Assembly: GCA_037917675.1 (NCBI GenBank) | Contig: JAVCBW010000016.1 | Span: 15,414-79,413, forward strand | Direction of reading: 5' to 3' | Length of the DNA: 64,000 nucleotides | From: Thermoproteota archaeon | GTDB lineage: Archaea > Korarchaeota > Korarchaeia > B14-G2 | Shown here: positions 57,300 to 64,000 of the stretch, piece by piece | Layout: each line of letters starts with the position of its first letter | How positions within the stretch are numbered: position 1 is the stretch's first letter | Notes under the pieces: model-generated | The model's input: the letters and a program-made list of their open reading frames with translations, nothing else | Databases searched by the model: none | What the model was told of the DNA's origin: nothing | Made by a program: the position numbers and the translations under genes

Positions 57300-58058
57300 C
57301 TGGAGCCTGTTAAGCTGACCATCAGGGAAGCAAGATCGTTTGCCCAGTTCATCAAGGCTGTTGAAGCCATAGTCGAGGAGGCCACAGTCAGTTTTAAGCC
57401 TGAAAAGCTATACATCAGAGAAATGGATGCGTCTAAGACTACTATGGTTGAGGTGAGCATGCCTAGAGACTACTTTGAGGACTATGATGTTACAGAGGCT
57501 GTAGCAGTTGGGATAAACTTCTTTGAGGTCTCTAAGATCTTGAAGAGAGCTAGAAGAGACGATAAGCTTGAGGTGGAGGTCCCTCCTGGGGGGAATGTGC
57601 TTAAACTCAGGCTTATAGGAACCTCAACGAGAGAGTTTAGGCTCCCCTCCATTGTGAAGGCGATGTCTGAGGAGAGGGAGATCAACCTCCCTGTTAAAGC
57701 TAGAGTGGTCGTGTTAAGCGATGAAATGAAAGAGATCATAAAGGATATCCAACTTGTGGGAAACGAGTTCACAATAGAAGCTACAAGAGATGGAGTCAAG
57801 TTCTTATCTGAGGGAGACAGTCAGAGCGTTACAATAGATCTTAGAAAAGGCGATGCTGCTCTGTTAGAGCTTGACGTCGAGGAAGAGCTTGTCAAATCTA
57901 CATATGGAATAGAGTATGTTAGAAGGATGATGGAGGGAGCTAAGCTTGCAGAAAAGGTGACGTTAGAGTATGCAACAGATGCTCCACTGATAATGACGTT
58001 CCAGCCGCTTGAAGGAGGAGTCCTAAGATACTTCCTAGCACCTATCCTAAGGAGCTGA
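57300..58058 (+). CDS. pcn: DNA polymerase sliding clamp PCNA
   Basis: frame stays open upstream of ATG 57423 to CTG 57300 (TAG at 57297), adding the PCNA N-terminus EPVKLTIREARSFAQFIKAVEAIVEEATVSF; MD.S, F..Y, YFLAP motifs. Confidence 0.94.
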   Translation: MEPVKLTIREARSFAQFIKAVEAIVEEATVSFKPEKLYIREMDASKTTMVEVSMPRDYFEDYDVTEAVAVGINFFEVSKILKRARRDDKLEVEVPPGGNVLKLRLIGTSTREFRLPSIVKAMSEEREINLPVKARVVVLSDEMKEIIKDIQLVGNEFTIEATRDGVKFLSEGDSQSVTIDLRKGDAALLELDVEEELVKSTYGIEYVRRMMEGAKLAEKVTLEYATDAPLIMTFQPLEGGVLRYFLAPILRS

Positions 58059-58059
58059 G

Positions 58060-59010
58060 ATGCCTGCTGACATAGAGTACCTTGCGAAGTATCCCTTCAC
58101 AAAATCTGGCATAAGCTTCCTTAGGAAGCTTAGGGTGTCTCTTGACGAGCTTCTTCAACCTGAGAGAAGGCCTGTATTAGATGCAGCATTCATAAGGCTT
58201 GAGCAGGCAGCAGGCATGAAGCCTAGGTCTGTAGAGAAGGCTGCAGACTATATGTCTGACTTCCTCTCAGCTTACGTGGCGCTATGGATGACGCTTTACA
58301 CGAGAAGCAGGCTTCTTAAGGAAAGGCTAGCAGACTATGAAAGCTGGAGATTCCTAGCTTTATCCGCTAGCGAGCCTCTAGACTCTCTGCTGCAGCTGGC
58401 TAGAGAGTATGACGTGATGGTCAATGCTGACAATGGGAGGCTCCAGATGCACTTTACATCCTACCTGAAGTTAACTAGGAGGTTTAGCGCACCAGAGTGG
58501 AGGCTTGGGAATAGAGAGCTCAATAGCGGGTGGCTGAGCATCTCCTGGCATGAGCTCAGAAGGCTTCTAGGTGAAGCTGTGAGGCTATGGATTATCGACA
58601 TTAAGAGGGAAGTTGAGTGGATTCCAGAAGCCCTCAAGAGAAAAGCTGATGAGGTAAGGGAGCATATTGAGGAAAATGTGAGAAGCAGAGCATTGAGGTC
58701 AGAGAAGCAGTTGCCCCCATGCGTGGAGGAGATAAAGAGAGCTATCTTAAGAGGAGAGGCTGTAAGCCATCAGGCTAGGTTTACACTTGCCACATACATG
58801 CTATCGAGAGGAGCCTCCATAGAAGACATAGTAGAGCTCTTCACAAGCATCTCAGACTATGATCCAAACATTACAGAGTATCAGGTGATGCACATAGCTG
58901 GGCTCAAGGGATCTAGAATAAGGTACAAGCCACCGAGCTGTAAGAAGATAAAGCTATGGGGGCTATGTCCAGTTAAGGGTAGGCTATGCAAGTTCATAGC
59001 CACACAATAG
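58060..59010 (+). CDS. priL: DNA primase large subunit
   Basis: LAKYPF, WRLGNR.L..GW, LPPC, H.ARF, YQVMHIAG, Y.PPSC..LC motifs. Confidence 0.94.
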   Translation: MPADIEYLAKYPFTKSGISFLRKLRVSLDELLQPERRPVLDAAFIRLEQAAGMKPRSVEKAADYMSDFLSAYVALWMTLYTRSRLLKERLADYESWRFLALSASEPLDSLLQLAREYDVMVNADNGRLQMHFTSYLKLTRRFSAPEWRLGNRELNSGWLSISWHELRRLLGEAVRLWIIDIKREVEWIPEALKRKADEVREHIEENVRSRALRSEKQLPPCVEEIKRAILRGEAVSHQARFTLATYMLSRGASIEDIVELFTSISDYDPNITEYQVMHIAGLKGSRIRYKPPSCKKIKLWGLCPVKGRLCKFIATQ

Positions 59011-60206
59011 CTCACACGCTATTCACAAGATACTATGAAAAGTTCTCGAGTATAGTCTATATCGAGAAGATAAACGTGAGAGAGATAGGGATAGTACCAT
59101 TCAGCGGCAGCATGAGCAGACACATGTGGTTTAAAGATCTTGATAGCTTTAGAAGACTTCTCGTAGAAGAGACACCACTCCACTGCTATCATTCAGTAGC
59201 ATACTATGAGAAGCCAGATGCAAGAATGGGAGAAAAGAGGTGGATTGGTGCAGACCTCGTATTTGACATAGATGCAGACCATGTAAACACACCCTGTAGG
59301 ACAGAGCATACACCATGGAAGTGCAAGAGCTGTGGAGAAGAAGGAATTAGGGAAACAGAGACATGCCCTAAGTGTGGGGAGAGAGTAGATAGCAGGAAGT
59401 GGTTTTGCAGCAGCTGTATAAGGGCAGCAGCTAGAGAAGTTAAAAAGGCGATAGAAATTCTAAAGGAAGACTTTGGCATAGAAAAAGTAAGAGTGTCATT
59501 TAGTGGAAACAGAGGCTTTCACATAAGAGCAGTATCTGACGAGGTCCTACAGCTAGGAGGACATGAGCGTAGAGAGATAGCTGCCTACATCATGGGGGAA
59601 GGAGTTGAAGTTTTTGGGAGGAGGGGGGCTATACAACACATCAGAAACGTGAAAGGAGGAGCATGGGTGAAGATGCCTACAATAAAGGATAGAGGGTGGA
59701 GGAAAAGGATAGCAGGATACCTGCTCAGAGAGATAGAGGAAGGTAAGGCCCTTCACGAAGCTGGTGAAGAGCTAAAGAGAAAGCTCAAGCTTGCCTTATC
59801 TGGAAGAGAGAAGCCATACATGCTAGTTGGCACCAAGGTTTTGAGGAGAGTAGTCAGGCTCACTGAGAAGGGGCTCACAGAGATGGGATGCAAGATAGAT
59901 GTGGTGGTCACAGAGGATGTACACAGGCTTATAAGAGTCATTAACAGCCTCCATGGAGGAACTGGACTCAGGGTAGTACCTCTGCTTGAAGATGAAATCA
60001 TGAGCTTTGATCCATTTAGACAGGCAGTTATACAAATTGACGACCCTGTTAAGGTCATCATAAACTATCCAGTACCCAGATTCCAGCTTTTAAAGGAGAC
60101 CTATGGGCCATATCAGAGTAGTGAAGAAGTAGAATTACCACTACATGCTGCAGCATACCTGATACTGAGGGGTATGGCTGTTGGAAAGCATACGAGCACT
60201 AAGTAA
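58986..60206 (+). CDS. priS: DNA primase small (catalytic) subunit
   Basis: GADLVFDIDADH, FSGNRGFH, IDVVVT.D.HRLIR, SLHGGTGL motifs. Confidence 0.95.
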   Translation: MQVHSHTIAHTLFTRYYEKFSSIVYIEKINVREIGIVPFSGSMSRHMWFKDLDSFRRLLVEETPLHCYHSVAYYEKPDARMGEKRWIGADLVFDIDADHVNTPCRTEHTPWKCKSCGEEGIRETETCPKCGERVDSRKWFCSSCIRAAAREVKKAIEILKEDFGIEKVRVSFSGNRGFHIRAVSDEVLQLGGHERREIAAYIMGEGVEVFGRRGAIQHIRNVKGGAWVKMPTIKDRGWRKRIAGYLLREIEEGKALHEAGEELKRKLKLALSGREKPYMLVGTKVLRRVVRLTEKGLTEMGCKIDVVVTEDVHRLIRVINSLHGGTGLRVVPLLEDEIMSFDPFRQAVIQIDDPVKVIINYPVPRFQLLKETYGPYQSSEEVELPLHAAAYLILRGMAVGKHTSTK

Positions 60207-60714
60207 GATCGGAGAGCTAGTAAAGGCAGAGATCTCATCTGAATGCTGCCAGAAGCTAGACGAGGGATTCTATAGGAAAGCTTACTTGGAGCTGTTCAGC
60301 ATGCATAGAAGCATACCTGACTCTGAACCCAGTAGAAGTATTGTTATAGAAGTTATAGAGGAAGCTCAGAGGGCACTGAGGCTCTTCTTCAAGATAAGGG
60401 TAGCTAAGGGGCTAGCAGGGGCCATACTCGGCGTAGAAGACAAGAACCTCCTGGAAGCTGAGAGAAAAGCTGTCAAGGAAATCTATGAAGCCATGTGCCA
60501 GTATGCAGCAGCAGCCATACCACAGATCAGAAGTAGAAAAGCAGGTGAAAGGACATTAGTCGTCTTTGAGAAAGACAGCATCGAAGTCATAGGACCTGAG
60601 ATGAAGGTCTATGGGCCATTTAAGAAAGGAGACCTAGCCCACATACCTGCAGAGCTTGCAGCAGTGTTAAAAAGCGAGAGAGTCTGTAGAGAGGAAAAGG
60701 TTAATGTAGAGTAG
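60181..60714 (+). CDS. GINS complex subunit (Gins51-type)
   Basis: LDEGFY, R..K, NLL.AE, YGPFKKGDLAHIP B-domain motif; canonical position after priS. Confidence 0.85.
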   Translation: MESIRALSKIGELVKAEISSECCQKLDEGFYRKAYLELFSMHRSIPDSEPSRSIVIEVIEEAQRALRLFFKIRVAKGLAGAILGVEDKNLLEAERKAVKEIYEAMCQYAAAAIPQIRSRKAGERTLVVFEKDSIEVIGPEMKVYGPFKKGDLAHIPAELAAVLKSERVCREEKVNVE

Positions 60715-60735
60715 CACCAGAGCATTGAGGTGACC

Positions 60736-61017
60736 ATGTTGAAAGCGCCAACAGCTCTCAGAGTCTACTGCCGAAGATGTAACAAGCATACAGAGCATAC
60801 GGTGAAGAAGCCTAGCAAAGGGAAGCCTAGGAACATGTCGTGGGGGCAGAGGCAGCTAGAAAGGAAGAGAAGAGGTTATGGCGGAGAACCTAGAGGGAGG
60901 CTTAGGAGAAAGGCTAAGACCACAAAGAAGGGAGTACTCCTCCTCGTGTGTAAGGTATGTGGGATGAAAAAGACCAGAGTTGTTGGGAGAGTAACTAGGC
61001 TAGAGTTCAAGGAGTAA
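60736..61017 (+). CDS. rpl44e: 50S ribosomal protein eL42 (L44e)
   Basis: YCRRCNKHTEH, GYGG, KTTKK...CKVC motifs. Confidence 0.96.
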   Translation: MLKAPTALRVYCRRCNKHTEHTVKKPSKGKPRNMSWGQRQLERKRRGYGGEPRGRLRRKAKTTKKGVLLLVCKVCGMKKTRVVGRVTRLEFKE

Positions 61018-61026
61018 GGTGAAAAC

Positions 61027-61230
61027 ATGGTGTCAAAGCAGAAGATAGAAGTCCCTCTACCTAAGTCGAAGTTTCTCCGGGTTAAGTGTAAGAGTTGTGG
61101 GAATGAGCAGATAATATTCTCTCATGCCTCAACTGTAGTCAGGTGCTTTGTCTGTGAGGAGGCCCTCGCAGAGCCTACTGGAGGGAAAGCACGGGTATAT
61201 GGAAGAATCATAGGTGAGCTAGGTGTTTGA
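61027..61230 (+). CDS. rps27e: 30S ribosomal protein eS27
   Basis: PKSKFLRVKC..CGNEQIIF, C..C..LAEPTGGKA motifs. Confidence 0.97.
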   Translation: MVSKQKIEVPLPKSKFLRVKCKSCGNEQIIFSHASTVVRCFVCEEALAEPTGGKARVYGRIIGELGV

Positions 61231-62020
61231 AGGGCTCCCAAAGCCTAGGTCTCTCGTAGTAGCGAGAGTAATCGAAGTAGACGAGTATGGAGCTAAAGTT
61301 GAGCTACTAGAGTATGTTGGAAGACAAGCCTACATACCTAGAGCACAAGTCGCCTCGGTGAGAATAAGAAACATCAGAGACTTCGTGAGAGAGGGACAGA
61401 TAGTAGTAGGAAGAGTCCTAAGGGTAGATGAAAAGAAGGAGGAAATAGACCTCACACTCAAGTTCATCAGAAAGGAAGAGGCTGAGAGGAAGCTCAGTGA
61501 GTGGAAGAGAAACAGGAGAGGAGTCACCATAATGCTGGAAGCTGCCAGGAAGCTTGGAAGAGATGAAAAGAAGGTCATGATGCTAGCGAGAAAGCTGCTA
61601 AGAAGCTACACAGATGTACTAGCTGCAATAGAGGAAGCCATACTCAGAGGCACAGAAGTTCTAGTCAAAGAAGGCTTCGACAAGGAGCTTGCAGAGAAGA
61701 TTGTAGAGCTAGGAGCTGAGAGAGTCACTATACCAACATATGAAAGTAGGTTCATAATAGAAGCAAGGTGCTATGCTCCTGATGGAGCAATAGCTCTGAG
61801 AAGAGCGCTGACAGCAGGCTTAAATGAGGCTAGAAAGAAGTTCAAAGATGTAGAGCTCCACTTCACAAACATAGGGTCACCCAGATACTTGCTGAGAGCA
61901 AGATCACATGACCCTAAGCAGCTAAGGCAGGCAGCAGAGCTCATCATAAGCCTTGCAGACAAGGAGCTGAGAAAGCATGATGGACTATGCCGCCTGCTAG
62001 AAGAGGAAAGAGCAAAATAA
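61223..62020 (+). CDS. eif2a: translation initiation factor aIF2 alpha
   Basis: S1 domain (YGA.V.L.EY, IRNIRDFVREGQ, IDLTLK), PDG, GSPRY motifs. Confidence 0.95.
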   Translation: MFEGLPKPRSLVVARVIEVDEYGAKVELLEYVGRQAYIPRAQVASVRIRNIRDFVREGQIVVGRVLRVDEKKEEIDLTLKFIRKEEAERKLSEWKRNRRGVTIMLEAARKLGRDEKKVMMLARKLLRSYTDVLAAIEEAILRGTEVLVKEGFDKELAEKIVELGAERVTIPTYESRFIIEARCYAPDGAIALRRALTAGLNEARKKFKDVELHFTNIGSPRYLLRARSHDPKQLRQAAELIISLADKELRKHDGLCRLLEEERAK

Positions 62021-62154
62021 GAAAGTGCCCCTCCTGCCTAACCTATACGCTCAGAGAAGAATGCCCAAACTGCGGTAAGAAAACAGCCCCAGCCCCCCCA
62101 CCAGACTACAGCCCCAAAGACCCACATAGACTAATCAAGGTAGGACTCACCTGA
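61987..62154 (+). CDS. nop10: H/ACA RNP protein Nop10 (not in the ORF track)
   Basis: manual translation MPPARRGKSKIRKCPSCLTYTLREECPNCGKKTAPAPPPDYSPKDPHRLIKVGLT*; canonical position after aIF2 alpha. Confidence 0.93.
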   Translation: MPPARRGKSKIRKCPSCLTYTLREECPNCGKKTAPAPPPDYSPKDPHRLIKVGLT

Positions 62155-62239
62155 AGCCCCGGGAGGGATTCGAACCCTCGCCCTGCCGCTATCCCAGCAC
62201 CTACGAGGCGGCCGCGCTAACCAGCTACGCCACCGGGGC
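62155..62239 (-). tRNA. tRNA-Thr(CGT) with 11-nt intron at canonical 37/38 (62191-62201)
   Basis: reverse complement: GCCCCGG..GCCGC-CTCGTA[GGTGCTGGGAT]A-GCGGC..GAGGG-TTCGAAT-CCCTC-CCGGGGC-T; TTTTAAAT TATA box about 25 nt upstream. Confidence 0.93.
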
Positions 62240-62497
62240 TCAGAAAAAGCTTCCTCCCAAATTTAAAAGGTTTGCCCACTCATAAAGCCATCAGCTAAAT
62301 GGCTACCAGCCACATATGAAAACATGCCAAATGTGGCTTCGCCAACTGCCTTAAAAGCAGAAGAAGCATATGGAAACCCTGGAGAATCAGGCAGCAAGAT
62401 GAAATAAACATCTCAAGAAGCCATCAATCACGTAGGGAGGCTAATTCAGCAGGAAAACCCCACAGAAAAACATCTTGAAACATTCCACAGAGATACC

Positions 62498-62556
62498 TTT
62501 AAATAAACACAGCCACCTCAGCCACCTGCCCCTGCGAGGGGCTATAACAGGTGTGA
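62498..62556 (+). promoter_or_regulatory. S-layer gene promoter, leader hairpin and SD
   Basis: TTTAAATA (62498-62505), hairpin GCCCCT-GCG-AGGGGC (62528-62542), AGGTG SD (62549-62553). Confidence 0.65.
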
Positions 62557-62560
62557 AAGC

Positions 62561-64000
62561 ATGTCGATGAGAAAGGCTTTAGCCACCCTAGCTCTACTAG
62601 CCGCCCTAAGCTGGATAGTACCAGTAGCAGCAGAGCCACTATCAGAGTTCCCAGCACCATTCGTCAAAGACGGGCTCATAGACTACAACATGGACGGAAC
62701 CAACGAGGTAGCAATCATACTAGGAGAAACAGGCAGAGCAGAAGACGTACTAGGCGCAGCACTAATAGCAGCAAAAATAGGAACCCACCTATACTACACC
62801 CATGCAAAGAACCCACCAGAGCCATTCAAGATACACGCAGCTCTACTAAAAATGGAAGAATATAAGTATGATCTAGACAAAATCATGACATCAAATGCAC
62901 CAGTAGTCCAGGCATATGACCCAACAGTTCCATGGCCAGCCCACCCTCTTATCCCACTCCGCATGAACTACATGGCAGGCGGCTACCTGATGTTAGGTGG
63001 AATAGGCGAAACCTATAATGCAATCAATGTCTCACGATACGAGTACCTAGGGCTAGACCCAGAAACCGGGCTGCCAACAGGCAGATTATACTACAAGCTA
63101 GGCTTCGCTGGGCTAATAGGGATAACCCATTATATATTCGACCTAGTGGCACAGGAGGGCTTCCTTGTAGGCCTCTACCCGTATGATGGATATTCAGTAA
63201 TGTTCTACCAGGATCAAGCTGCAGTAGTAGAGAGGAACTGGGCGTTCGCATTCTGTGAGTGGCCAAGAGAAATATGGCTAGTCGGAACCGAATATGAATT
63301 AGAGTGGGCAGGAGGATATAGGCTGCAGATCACAAACATACGGATAAACGAAGACTATGCTCACGACTTAGAGAGCACAAACCACATAGTAAGCTTCGCT
63401 TTAATCAGTCCAAAAGGAGAGATAGTAGACTGCTGGCAGCAAAACGTAAGCCAGACCTATCCATGTGACAAAATAGAGTTAGACTTAGGGTATGCAGTAG
63501 CTTACATCCACGTGTCAAAGGTGTGTCCAGATGCAAACTGTGCATACGTATGGGTACAGAGCTATCCAGTACACAAGCATGTAAGCAATCCAGAGCTTAA
63601 CATCCTGAGCATAGGAGAGGACAGCTACGGCACTGCAGCTGGCTGGAGCGATGATTATCCAGGCAATGAGTGGGTAGATGTCGATGGTGATGGGAAACGT
63701 GAGCCATTCCCAGGCCCAGACATAGTAGAGGGCTGGGGAGGCAACCTCTACAGGACAGAGGATGGTGTAGACTACATAGAGACGTACGATAATGCTACGG
63801 GTGCCTTCTGGTACTACACGCTGCCAGCAGACTTCCTTGGATTAGGCAGAGAGGTGTATGGGATAGATACATACTGGGCTAAGTGTGGGCTCTATACAGC
63901 AGAGGCTTGGCTCAGATGGTGGAGATGGGAAGGCATACCAATACCGCTACCGCCAATGTTTTGGGTGAGAGCACACCACTGGATCTGGGCTGAGGGCAAG
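62561..64000 (+). CDS. S-layer protein, 5' part only (runs off the window; not in the ORF track)
   Basis: 480 open codons; signal peptide MRKALATLALLAALSWIVPVAA then LSEFPAPFVKDG...AIILG.....EDVLGAALIAAKIG, the S_layer_N-type motif; NVS/NAT sequons. Confidence 0.85.
   Translation, partial: MSMRKALATLALLAALSWIVPVAAEPLSEFPAPFVKDGLIDYNMDGTNEVAIILGETGRAEDVLGAALIAAKIGTHLYYTHAKNPPEPFKIHAALLKMEEYKYDLDKIMTSNAPVVQAYDPTVPWPAHPLIPLRMNYMAGGYLMLGGIGETYNAINVSRYEYLGLDPETGLPTGRLYYKLGFAGLIGITHYIFDLVAQEGFLVGLYPYDGYSVMFYQDQAAVVERNWAFAFCEWPREIWLVGTEYELEWAGGYRLQITNIRINEDYAHDLESTNHIVSFALISPKGEIVDCWQQNVSQTYPCDKIELDLGYAVAYIHVSKVCPDANCAYVWVQSYPVHKHVSNPELNILSIGEDSYGTAAGWSDDYPGNEWVDVDGDGKREPFPGPDIVEGWGGNLYRTEDGVDYIETYDNATGAFWYYTLPADFLGLGREVYGIDTYWAKCGLYTAEAWLRWWRWEGIPIPLPPMFWVRAHHWIWAEGK

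Noticed and set aside
62280-62500. Mini-ORB origin or CRISPR array upstream of the S-layer gene
   Set aside because: The repeats are short, irregularly spaced and mostly one base off the ORB spacing; no repeat-spacer periodicity or cas genes anywhere in the window
63024-63266. 80-aa minus-strand ORF
   Set aside because: Lies antisense within the open S-layer reading frame

Overview
64 kb of chromosome from an archaeon, probably thermophilic. It is gene-dense, with GGAGGTG-type ribosome-binding sites and many TTG/GTG starts. The window is mostly information-processing genes: Lsm, histone, Elp3, eS30-Nop5-fibrillarin, RNase HII, Trm1, TFEbeta-Gar1-SRP19-eS8, GlyRS, PolD DP2, Elf1, the rpoH-rpoB-rpoA-eL30-nusA-uS12-uS7 operon with an unsplit RpoA, RqcH, AglB, Cdc48, NucS, and an EF-2 paralog-TrmJ-uL16-METTL5-Csl4-RpoL cluster. 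It continues with TFS-RPA14-like-PCNA-PriL-PriS-GINS-eL42-eS27-aIF2a-Nop10 and ends in the 5' part of an S-layer gene. The marker mix (PolD, histone, Elf1, eS30, fused RpoA, diphthamide-less EF-2 paralog) suggests a deep TACK/Asgard-related lineage; this is inference only. Features missing from the ORF track: Sec61beta, Nop10, the S-layer gene, the true 5' end of PCNA (apparently a CTG start), a PqqD-family pseudogene and four tRNA genes. Three of the tRNAs carry four very short introns (11-15 nt) at positions 29/30, 37/38, 53/54 and 59/60. No CRISPR array, rRNA gene, transposase or integrase was seen. The best candidates for new biology are: (i) an EF-2 paralog lacking the diphthamide loop, co-oriented with a uL16 whose P-site loop is rewritten (possible EFL1-like ribosome-maturation module); (ii) miniature non-canonical tRNA introns in a PolD-encoding archaeon; (iii) an orphan protein apparently built of tandem AAA-lid-like repeats; (iv) an EMC6-like membrane domain fused to a large extra domain; (v) a decaying PqqD/DUF2116 island where EF-2/EF-1alpha often follow uS7. 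All family calls come from motif recognition by eye; no database search was run.
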